A stretch of DNA of 64,000 bases, taken from positions 3,625-67,624 of the forward strand of contig JALEVV010000018.1 in assembly GCA_022788185.1 (NCBI GenBank), read 5' to 3'. This document shows positions 54,801 to 62,405 of this stretch, in pieces. The notes beneath the pieces are model-generated. The model was not told where the DNA came from, made no database searches, and worked only from the letters and a program-made list of their open reading frames with translations. Both the position numbers and the translations under genes were made by a program. Source of the stretch: Spirochaetales bacterium (GTDB taxonomy: Bacteria; Spirochaetota; Spirochaetia; Sphaerochaetales; Sphaerochaetaceae). The stretch's first letter is position 1. The number at the start of each line of letters is the position of its first letter.

Positions 54801-56101
54801 ATCTGATCGACAACCTGATCGCAATGAATGCTTCCCTTTTGAGTCAGCACAACCATAAGCTTAGGGTCAACATCAGCGAGGTCATCCATGAGGATGTCAT
54901 CGGCGACAGCTTCCGTCTTCAGAAGGTGTTTTCCAATCTCATGAGCAATGCGGTGAAGTTCACGCCTGACGGTGGAACAATCTCCATAACGATAGCGGAA
55001 CGTCCCTCCGGTCAGTTCAATGCAGGGTGCTATGAGTTTGTCTTTGAGGACACGGGAATCGGTATGACTCCTGAGTTCATCTCCCGTATCTTCGATCCGT
55101 TTGCGCGGGCTGAGGACGGAAGGGTTTCCAGAATTCAGGGAACGGGACTTGGCATGACGATAAGCCGGAATATCGTGAGGATGATGGGAGGGGATATCAG
55201 GGTAGAAAGCGAGCTCAACAGGGGCTCTAGATTCGCCGTGACCGTTTACCTCAGGCTTCAGGACAGGGACGTATTTGATTCATCACGTTTTGCCGACCTC
55301 AGCGTACTGGCGGTCGACGATGATGAGTCATCCCTTGAGTCATGCATTGCAACGCTCAATGACATAGGAATGAAGGCTGAGGGTGCCTCATCAGGCAGGA
55401 CGGCCGTTGAAATGGTCAGAAAGCGCCATGAGGTCCTTGATGATTACTTTGCATGCATAATCGACTGGAAGATGCCTGAAATGAATGGGATTGAGACGAC
55501 GCGTGAGATCAGGAGGATGGTGGGAGAAGACGTCCCGATCATAATCCTTTCCGCATATGACTGGTCAGAAATCGAGCAGGAAGCAAGGGAGGCCGGTGCG
55601 AATGCCTTCATCAGCAAGCCGCTCTTCCGTTCCCGACTCATACGCACCTTCAGCCACCTTACAGGGGAGGCGGAAGACTCCGCACCCGAGTGTGACATGA
55701 ATGCGCTGAAGGAGCTTGATCTTAAGGGGAAGCGTGCACTGCTTGTCGAGGACAATGACCTCAACTTCGAGATCGCGAAGGAACTGCTGGAAATGACCGG
55801 ACTTGAAGTCGAAAGGGCGGCTGACGGAATTGAGGCTGTTGATGCGGTTACTGAAGGAGAAGATGGCTTATACGATATCATCTTCATGGATATCCAGATG
55901 CCGAGAATGAACGGCTATGACGCAACAAGGGCCATAAGGTCTCTTAAGCGTCCATATGCAGGGAGTGTTCCCATCATCGCGATCACGGCCAATGCCTTTG
56001 CGGAGGACATTCACGCGGCAAAGACCGTCGGCATGAACGAACATATTGCGAAGCCTTTCGATTTCGAAACCCTTGTCAGGGTACTTTCAAGGTGGCTTTA
56101 G
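51860..56101 (+). CDS. Hybrid sensor histidine kinase/response regulator (GAF, five tandem PAS-like sensor modules, HisKA, HATPase_c, two REC domains)
   Basis: 1413 aa. H-box FLSNMSHDIRTPMNGIIGM, N/G boxes (LMSNAVKFTP, GTGLGMTISRNIV), and two receiver domains (LAVDDDE... and LLVEDNDLN...IFMDIQMPRMNG). GTG start after AGGAGGGGGGG. Confidence 0.92.
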   Translation: MSSTDISDSKQESSIRYYLRDLLDRTKDEKSVDLVLEDIGRHYDADRAYLFELDSIGSCWNNTYEWCRKGVNPEKDNLQNIPVEGLECWFEAFENEGEFFISSLSEDYTPDSRTYQILEPQGIESLMAAPFIVGGKIAGFLGVDNPRRNTDELLMLQVVASSLYGEVLTRHQMDTRLQERMHIIQSMSEIYTSVYHIDMSTGRFTEISSVDAVNERIGAVGDAQERLNYFCHFMMTAEFTEEMLSFVDLSTLDERLRGEKIITKDYLSTVRLAPGMNPPEWTQCCFIDGGRKSDGKLSSVIFATKSIHSEKKKELDYQSELEEKNRKLAGLLETEKHNTDIIGALSNIFYRLYYIDLERMRCQEIISVGTTHHLYTDMDDVNFTVERIVAELPSDESRAGLSFFTDPGTMNVRLGSERSKIFEFEDARGGWTRCTLLPIERTDEGDNRRLLMGFRDISLEKSTVLKQDALIRALARSFQNVYVIDGVTGKAISYRMDQVMIDRYGEQFAAGDYACNIRAYVSHDVHPDDRYLFEPIMNADLVNRVLRDNLQYSFSYRVLRYGKVRYFQCQIVRTSDNNADFIVAFRDIDRERRNEMEQQEKLERINGELKTEMSVATVLSNEYHSLFKIDADTGELSLYRTDGIGLSRRMLDAMISSGDYSVIINKYIDALVIPEDRERIRSTSTLEALRREVPEVGLFKQGYRRLYEGQVEYYEMNVAKSIDDDGKVTFIMGIRDVDEETRRQLAVSEEMETQREISQGLASEYYSVLLVDPVRDSVSVYRAEEEHGRSIDRLFRSVRHRWSAGLKEYVKDLTPESGAELLEKLSPGYLLTHDEDYSFTYEIVTPEGSVFIQARVAFVTRMSGEHVVVVGTRNVDDIVKKEREQEAALRAAYDVAEAANKAKTDFLSNMSHDIRTPMNGIIGMTAIAAAHIDDRDRVYDALGKITQASRHLLSLINEVLDMSKIESGKVDLAEEEFNISDLIDNLIAMNASLLSQHNHKLRVNISEVIHEDVIGDSFRLQKVFSNLMSNAVKFTPDGGTISITIAERPSGQFNAGCYEFVFEDTGIGMTPEFISRIFDPFARAEDGRVSRIQGTGLGMTISRNIVRMMGGDIRVESELNRGSRFAVTVYLRLQDRDVFDSSRFADLSVLAVDDDESSLESCIATLNDIGMKAEGASSGRTAVEMVRKRHEVLDDYFACIIDWKMPEMNGIETTREIRRMVGEDVPIIILSAYDWSEIEQEAREAGANAFISKPLFRSRLIRTFSHLTGEAEDSAPECDMNALKELDLKGKRALLVEDNDLNFEIAKELLEMTGLEVERAADGIEAVDAVTEGEDGLYDIIFMDIQMPRMNGYDATRAIRSLKRPYAGSVPIIAITANAFAEDIHAAKTVGMNEHIAKPFDFETLVRVLSRWL

Positions 56102-56391
56102 AGCCTGCCCAGAAGATCCCTTATCTCTTCCTTGATATCTTCCCTGCCTTTCGATTCCTTCGGGCTCTCGATATCGTTCAGCAGATCCGAGAGCCTGATA
56201 TTCAGGGCATTGCATATCTTCATGACAGTACGAAGGGCAGGATTCCTGTCTCCGCGCTCTATATATGCTATCATGTTCTGTGAAACGCCTGCCCGCATGG
56301 AGAGTTCAAGCTGTGTGAGTCCTGCCTTCCTGCGTTCTTCCTTCAGCCTCTTTGCGACCAGGCTCATTGCTTCATCAATTTTGTCTGACAT
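56098..56391 (-). CDS. XRE-family HTH transcriptional regulator (97 aa)
   Basis: LKEERRKAGLTQLELSMRAGVSQNMIAYIERGDRNPALRTVMKICNAL is a typical HTH_3 motif. Its stop codon overlaps the kinase stop (TTAG). Confidence 0.88.
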   Translation of the reverse strand: MSDKIDEAMSLVAKRLKEERRKAGLTQLELSMRAGVSQNMIAYIERGDRNPALRTVMKICNALNIRLSDLLNDIESPKESKGREDIKEEIRDLLGRL

Positions 56392-56585
56392 CTTGGCTTA
56401 AAAATAAGTTAAATACCCCCGAACTGCAAATAAATGGAGTGATTGACCCCCGTTTTTTCAGCAAAAATAGTGATAATAATAAAAAATTGGGGGGTAAATT
56501 TTTGCACATGGTCTTTTCATTGTCTCATGGCAATATTTCTTGCTGTTCCGCTCCGGTGGAATTATCCTTAAAACGGAGGTCTGAA

Positions 56586-57542
56586 ATGGAAAAATACATC
56601 AGCGCTGAAGGTTATGAACGGAAGATGAAGGAAGAAATCCTTCCATATCTATCCTCTATATCCGTAAGAAGGGACATCACTTCCCCCAGGGACGGTCACC
56701 GGACGGTATGCGAGCACTTTCCTTTAAAAGACAGCAGGGGAACGGTGGTGGTGCTTCACGGTTTCACGGAGGGGATCATGAAGTACGGTGAGGCCATATA
56801 CACATTCCTTTCCCATGGATATGAGGTTTACATGATTGAGCACTACGGCCATGGAAGAAGCGACAGGGATAAAGGTGTCATGGATGATCCCTCAAAGGTC
56901 AGTGTAAGGGACTTTGACATCTACGTGGAGGACGTGCTTGAGCTGGTCAGGAGCATTAATGCAAAGCCTCTCTATCTTTTCGGACATTCCATGGGCGGTG
57001 GAATCGCAGTGCGCTTTCTCGAGGAGTACCCTGGATATTTTGACAGGGCGGTGCTGTCCGCTCCGATGACCGGAATCAGCATGGGAGGACTTCCTGTTGG
57101 ATTTGCAAAGTTCCTTTCCTCATTGATGTGTGCCCTGAAAAAGGGTAATTCCTACGTGCCGGGACATCATGCGTTCACGGATGACGGGGACTTTGAGCAC
57201 TCTCCGGACACAAGCCGTGAGCGCTGGGCATTCTTTGAGAAGATAAAGAGGGAGAATGAGTGCTACCGCTCCAACGGAGCGACCTGGAACTGGGTGCGCT
57301 CATCCCTTAAGGCAGTTTCACTCATGAGCGATCCTAAGGAAGCCGGGAAGATCGACTGTCCGGTTCTTCTTCTGCAGGCTGAGACCGACCACAGCGTGGA
57401 TAAGCCGTCCCAGGTTAGGTTTGCTTCCCTCAATGACAGGATTACGGTAAAGGAAATCAAAGGCAGTAAGCATGAGATCATGTTCAGCAGCGATGAAGTG
57501 AACCGGGTGTTCTGGTGTGAGGTGTTTTCCTTCCTGAATTGA
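56586..57542 (+). CDS. Alpha/beta hydrolase (lysophospholipase/monoacylglycerol-lipase-like)
   Basis: ATG 56586 follows GGAGG. VVLHGFTEG, GHSMGGG (nucleophile elbow) and a late ...GSKHEI... (His). The upstream 78 codons in the track ORF look non-coding. Confidence 0.85.
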   Translation: MEKYISAEGYERKMKEEILPYLSSISVRRDITSPRDGHRTVCEHFPLKDSRGTVVVLHGFTEGIMKYGEAIYTFLSHGYEVYMIEHYGHGRSDRDKGVMDDPSKVSVRDFDIYVEDVLELVRSINAKPLYLFGHSMGGGIAVRFLEEYPGYFDRAVLSAPMTGISMGGLPVGFAKFLSSLMCALKKGNSYVPGHHAFTDDGDFEHSPDTSRERWAFFEKIKRENECYRSNGATWNWVRSSLKAVSLMSDPKEAGKIDCPVLLLQAETDHSVDKPSQVRFASLNDRITVKEIKGSKHEIMFSSDEVNRVFWCEVFSFLN

Positions 57543-57610
57543 TACTATCCCAAGGGTTTGCACCGTCATTATGTTGATTAGGAAATCCCAATGACGATAT
57601 TCTTTCTCTT

Positions 57611-58519
57611 ATGAAAAAGATGATTGTGACATGTCTTTCCCTTATCCTTCTTTTCTCATGCTCCCTTGACAATGTGTGGCAGAAGACGGGCCTGGCGGAA
57701 AAAAAGCCCCTTGAGCTTAATGCATATGTGTATGAGCATGAGGGGGAGTCGGACAGCGTGGATGCAGTGCGTGCCATCCTCGGCGATGACCATGCGATAA
57801 GTTACAGCGTGACGGTGGAAGACAGCTTCACCGGTAAGGTCCTGAGGAGTCTTGATGATAAGGAGCTGGAAGCGCTCACGGCAACAGTAAAGGCAAAGTG
57901 CTACAGTGATGATGAGATCAGGGCATTTCTCAATGCACCCCTTACCGATGAGACGATAATCTATGCGATGAAGGGCACCGCCGAGCTCTTTGAAAAACTT
58001 AAAGAAGATATAACGGAGGCAGTCACTTCATGTCTCCCCGCAATGGATATCTCTCCTGATGCATCTGATGCGGAGAAAGAATTCGGACAATTCTGGAATG
58101 ATCTGGTGTTTGAGGTGAAAAAGTATGTTAAGAGTCAGATACAAGACTTTTTCAATCCCGTAATTTCTTTCCTTTCCGCAGATACACTGACAAATGCTGA
58201 TTACATAACATGTCAGCTTACGGTTAACCTCGTGGATGGACTTCTTTCAAGCATCGAGGATGTCTTTACCGCTGCTTCCGCTGAACTGAGTAATTCCAGG
58301 TCAATCGATCTGAAGACCGTGGAGGGAAGGACTGAAATAGGAAATACGATACAGAAAGCAGGTGCTTCGGTTGCCATGGATGCGGTTTCCTCTGTGTGTC
58401 ATAACCTGCTGACGACGGTGGCATGCATGGATCAGATCACGAATATTTATGGACATGAGGTCAGGCTTCCGAGCATATCGACGCTGCTTGAGGCGATCAC
58501 GGGAGGAAAGGTGAAATGA
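57611..58519 (+). CDS. Putative lipoprotein, unknown function
   Basis: MKKMIVTCLSLILLFSC has a lipobox (LFSC). 302 aa, no family recognised. Confidence 0.7.
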   Translation: MKKMIVTCLSLILLFSCSLDNVWQKTGLAEKKPLELNAYVYEHEGESDSVDAVRAILGDDHAISYSVTVEDSFTGKVLRSLDDKELEALTATVKAKCYSDDEIRAFLNAPLTDETIIYAMKGTAELFEKLKEDITEAVTSCLPAMDISPDASDAEKEFGQFWNDLVFEVKKYVKSQIQDFFNPVISFLSADTLTNADYITCQLTVNLVDGLLSSIEDVFTAASAELSNSRSIDLKTVEGRTEIGNTIQKAGASVAMDAVSSVCHNLLTTVACMDQITNIYGHEVRLPSISTLLEAITGGKVK

Positions 58520-59607
58520 AAAAGATCCTATTGATTTTATCCCTCATCATCCTTTCATCCAGTCTCGTTTTTGCCTCTGATTTCTTTCACAATCTTCATG
58601 ATGCTTCCTACAGGCCGCTTTCACTCCGTCATGCTGCCATGGGGGAGAGCGGGATCGCGCTTTCACGCGATGAGGATTCCCTTTTCGTCAATGCGGGAGC
58701 AGTGAAGACAAAGGGCTTCAGGCTGGTAATCCCATCCATTTCCGTCGACCTTCTCAACGTTGCCCACATTAAGGATGTGGATTACCCGAAGATAATGAAA
58801 GGTAATGTTGCGGCTATCTCGGAGGCGGTATCATTTCTCTCGGGGGAAGCCCCGATTGCGAGGGTTTCCCTCGGCACTGCGATGCAGATAAATGGCTTTG
58901 TGCTTGGAGTGAACGGTACAGCAGGACTGTTCAGCAGGGGAGAGAGCATTTCAGCCGTATTCACCGGATACGCTGACACGGCGCTTTCTTTAGGCTACTC
59001 CCACCGCTTTCAGCTCTCTGAAGGTATGGCATTGACGTTAGGCGGGACGGGACACGTAAATCTGCGTTTTTCCACCACTGCAGTGGATGTGAACACCTTT
59101 GTCGATTACACCATGGATAACAGCAGGAAGCTTATCGGGGGCATCGTGAACGGGTATGCCCTTTCACTGGACCTCGGTACTACGCTTGAGCTGCCCTATG
59201 GCTTTTCTGCCGCAGTAACAGTGAATGACATTTCAAGCCCATACATCTACTCGGACGGAAGCAGCATCAATATTCCATGCAACGTCACACTGGGTTTGGG
59301 CTGGCAGATGAAAGTCCTCGGTTTCATTAACCTTCAGGCCGCTGCAGACATCACTGATGCGGCAGGCCTTGTACGTAATCTCTCCCGTTCCAATCTGCTG
59401 TACCATCTCAATCTGGGAGCCGGTGCCGGACTCTGGAACATCGTGACCGTGTATGGCGGACTCAGGGGTGGGTATCCCTCCTTCGGTGCGGTGGTAAAGC
59501 TCCTTTTTGCCGAGCTCTCAGCCGCATACACTGTCAGAGAATACTCTCAGTACATGGGATACAATCCCAAGGACATGCTGACTGTCAGCCTGAGACTTGT
59601 GTTCTGA
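58516..59607 (+). CDS. Putative outer-membrane beta-barrel protein, unknown family
   Basis: Signal peptide MKKILLILSLIILSSSLVFA. Alternating Gly/aromatic-rich strands. C-terminal ...LTVSLRLVF ends in Phe, as in many OMPs. Start overlaps the stop of the lipoprotein gene. Confidence 0.6.
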   Translation: MKKILLILSLIILSSSLVFASDFFHNLHDASYRPLSLRHAAMGESGIALSRDEDSLFVNAGAVKTKGFRLVIPSISVDLLNVAHIKDVDYPKIMKGNVAAISEAVSFLSGEAPIARVSLGTAMQINGFVLGVNGTAGLFSRGESISAVFTGYADTALSLGYSHRFQLSEGMALTLGGTGHVNLRFSTTAVDVNTFVDYTMDNSRKLIGGIVNGYALSLDLGTTLELPYGFSAAVTVNDISSPYIYSDGSSINIPCNVTLGLGWQMKVLGFINLQAAADITDAAGLVRNLSRSNLLYHLNLGAGAGLWNIVTVYGGLRGGYPSFGAVVKLLFAELSAAYTVREYSQYMGYNPKDMLTVSLRLVF

Positions 59608-59643
59608 GAACTGAAGCTCCCTTTCCGGGAGCTTCACTGTCAC

Positions 59644-60984
59644 TCAGGCATTTGTCTCCCTTTCAGGGATGATGAGTGACATTACCATTGCCACAACGAA
59701 CACTCCGGATACGGGGTTTCCGGCAAAGATATCACCCACCACGGACGGTAAGTAGGCAAAAAATCCATCCACCTGCGTCACGCCGATACCGACGCAGAGG
59801 GAAGTTGCGACGACAAGTGTGGTCTTCTCATTCCAGACAATGGAGTTGAGCATCGTGATGCCGCTTACTATGATCGCACCGAACATGATGACGGTACAGC
59901 CTCCGAGCACACATGATGGAAGGGTTGAGAAGAATGCGCCGATAGGCGGGAACAGTCCTGATATGATGAGGGTGATGGCGCCGAACATGATGGTGAATCT
60001 GTTCACGACCTTCGTCATGGCAACAAGACCCACGTTCTGTGAAAACGATGTGATCGGTGAGCAGCCGAAGACTCCCGCAGAGACTGCTGACATGAAGCCG
60101 TCACAGCAGAGTGAGCCCGAAACCTCCCTTTCCGTTATGTCACGGCCAAGTCCGCCCTGACAGATTGCCGTGGTGTCTCCGATCGTCTCAGCGGCCGAGA
60201 CAAGGAAAACCAGTGTCACCGACACGATTGCCCCCAGGTCGAATCTGGGGAGGGTGACGAAGAGGCGCGGGAAGGAAACAAAGCCAAGCTCACCGACAGT
60301 CTGTACCATGGATGAAAAGTCAACCATGCCGAAGAAGATGGAGATGACATAGCCTACGGCAAGACCCATGAGGACGTACAGGTTCCTGATGAAGCCCTTG
60401 GTGAAGGAATGGAACAGGAGACATGCAAGCAGCGTGATGCCTCCCACCGTCAGATTCTGCCAGGAACCCATGGGATATGCCCCTGAGGATGCCAGGGTGG
60501 AGATTCCTGTCGAGAGCAGGGAAAATCCGATCGTGATCACGACGCACGCTGAGACCACAGGGGTTATGAAGCGCCTCCAGTATTTCGCCGTGAGTCCCAG
60601 AATACCCTCAATGCACCCTCCGACGATTACCGCCCCTATCATGACTGAGTAATCCCGGGAGGCCAGGATCATCATCGGGGAAAGGAAGGTGAAGCTCAGG
60701 CCCATGACGACCGGAAGCTTTGCCCCGACCTTCCAGATGGGGTAGAGCTGGATCAGTGTGCCAAGTCCGGCAACGAGCATCGCAGCCTGAATCAGGCGTG
60801 CCGTGTCGGCCGTGGAGAATGGCTGTCCGTCGAGGAGGGCAACACCCGATATCAGTATGATGGGCGTGACGTTGGAAACAAACATGGCCAGCACGTGCTG
60901 AAGGCCGAAGGGTATGGCTTTCAGGACCGGGACCCTGCCGTCCAGGGAGTGGATGTTTGCGACATCCGGATTGGAGTGATTCAT
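59644..60984 (-). CDS. NCS2-family nucleobase (xanthine/uracil) permease
   Basis: ATG 60984: MNHSNPDV...AIPFGLQHVLAMFVSNVTPIIL, and later ...ETIGDTTA..., are typical NCS2 motifs. The 47 extra N-terminal codons in the track look spurious. Confidence 0.85.
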   Translation of the reverse strand: MNHSNPDVANIHSLDGRVPVLKAIPFGLQHVLAMFVSNVTPIILISGVALLDGQPFSTADTARLIQAAMLVAGLGTLIQLYPIWKVGAKLPVVMGLSFTFLSPMMILASRDYSVMIGAVIVGGCIEGILGLTAKYWRRFITPVVSACVVITIGFSLLSTGISTLASSGAYPMGSWQNLTVGGITLLACLLFHSFTKGFIRNLYVLMGLAVGYVISIFFGMVDFSSMVQTVGELGFVSFPRLFVTLPRFDLGAIVSVTLVFLVSAAETIGDTTAICQGGLGRDITEREVSGSLCCDGFMSAVSAGVFGCSPITSFSQNVGLVAMTKVVNRFTIMFGAITLIISGLFPPIGAFFSTLPSCVLGGCTVIMFGAIIVSGITMLNSIVWNEKTTLVVATSLCVGIGVTQVDGFFAYLPSVVGDIFAGNPVSGVFVVAMVMSLIIPERETNA

Positions 60985-61292
60985 TGATTTACCTGTTTTG
61001 CAACATATTGCAACAATTATTGAACCATGAAATCCTCTCCGGCGCAAATGAATTTTTAAGGATTTTTGGATTATAGCGTCATTTTCAAAAGTTGCCGGAA
61101 AAAGTATTGACCAATACCCCCTCATAATTTATAAGGGTGTTGTTCAAGAATTTTGTACTGGTGAGGTAACCTGAAACCATGAAAAAAGTCGACAGAGGAA
61201 AGTGCGGGTACAACTAGTAAGCTGAGCTTACCGGTCGGTCCGTCGTGTTTTCCTCTCCGCTGTTTCAGTTCAGGGTATCCGTGTGGAGTGAG

Positions 61293-62405
61293 ATGATAGA
61301 GATTAAACACTTAAGGAAAGAATTTGATGATGAGACAATCCCGCTGAAGGACATCAACGTCACCATCAACAAGGGAGACATCATTTCGATAATCGGACCG
61401 TCAGGCACCGGTAAATCAACACTGCTGAGATGTATCAATATGCTTACTGAACCTACGTCAGGAAGTATCATAGTCGACGGTCAGGACATAACCGAGAAGG
61501 GCTGTAACCTCAATGAGGTAAGAAAGAAGATGGGAATGGTATTCCAGTCCTTCAATCTCTTCGGTCACCTTACAGTCATCGAAAACATCATGAATCCCCA
61601 GATCACGCTTTTGGGCAGGAGCCGCCAGGAGGCCTATGACAAGGCCATGTACCTGCTTGACTCCGTTGGTCTGTCCTCAAAGGTATTTTCATACCCTGAC
61701 GAGCTTTCCGGAGGTCAGCAGCAGCGTATCGCCATCGCAAGGACCCTTGCAATGGATCCTGACATCATCCTCTTTGACGAGCCCACGAGTGCGCTCGATC
61801 CCAGCATGATCGGTGAGGTTCAGTCAGTAATCAAGCTGCTGGCAAAGACGGGAAGGACCATGATGATCGTAACCCACGAGATGGACTTCGCCAGGAAGAT
61901 AAGCAACCGCATCCTCTTCATGTATGACGGTGAAATCTACGAGGAGGGCACTCCCCGTGAGATCTTCGAGCATCCGAAGAAGGAGATGACAAGGAAGTTC
62001 ATCCAGAGACTCTCATCCCTCACATACCACATCGATTCAACGGAATTCGATCTCGAGGCAATGAGTGAGGAACTCCACGGCTACGGCGAGAAGCTCCTCA
62101 TCGAGGCGGAGCGTCTTTCCAAGCTCCTGCTTGCGCTTGAGGAAATCTGTATCAACAACCTTGCCGATTACGCCGAGGGCACACCCGACATCCTGGTAAA
62201 GATCGAGTACTCCGAGAAATCAGATATCCTTACCATGACCATAAAGTACAACGGCAACCGTCTCGATGTCAGTTCCATCGAAAGTAAGCTCTTCCGCCTC
62301 CTTCTGCAGGAGCCGACCACTTCCGTCAGCGATAAGGAACTTGAGAACGATGAGCTAGGTTATCATCATCAGATCACGATGAGCTTCAGATGGATTGAGG
62401 AGTGA
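61293..62405 (+). CDS. Amino-acid ABC transporter ATP-binding protein (GlnQ-like) with a C-terminal extension of about 130 aa
   Basis: GPSGTGKST (Walker A), LSGGQQQRIAIARTLA (signature), ILFDEPTSALD (Walker B). ATG 61293 follows GGAG. The region after about residue 245 has no family I recognise. Confidence 0.92.
   Translation: MIEIKHLRKEFDDETIPLKDINVTINKGDIISIIGPSGTGKSTLLRCINMLTEPTSGSIIVDGQDITEKGCNLNEVRKKMGMVFQSFNLFGHLTVIENIMNPQITLLGRSRQEAYDKAMYLLDSVGLSSKVFSYPDELSGGQQQRIAIARTLAMDPDIILFDEPTSALDPSMIGEVQSVIKLLAKTGRTMMIVTHEMDFARKISNRILFMYDGEIYEEGTPREIFEHPKKEMTRKFIQRLSSLTYHIDSTEFDLEAMSEELHGYGEKLLIEAERLSKLLLALEEICINNLADYAEGTPDILVKIEYSEKSDILTMTIKYNGNRLDVSSIESKLFRLLLQEPTTSVSDKELENDELGYHHQITMSFRWIEE

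Noticed and set aside
60985-61292. Searched the 308-bp divergent region for a purine riboswitch (permease side) and for a T-box, SAM or other riboswitch (ABC side)
   Set aside because: I could not build the P1-P2-P3 purine junction or find the conserved J2/3 sequence, and there is no T-box or SAM-box consensus. Only small hairpins and a GTTGCAA direct repeat are present. A covariance-model scan would be needed to exclude a riboswitch formally.
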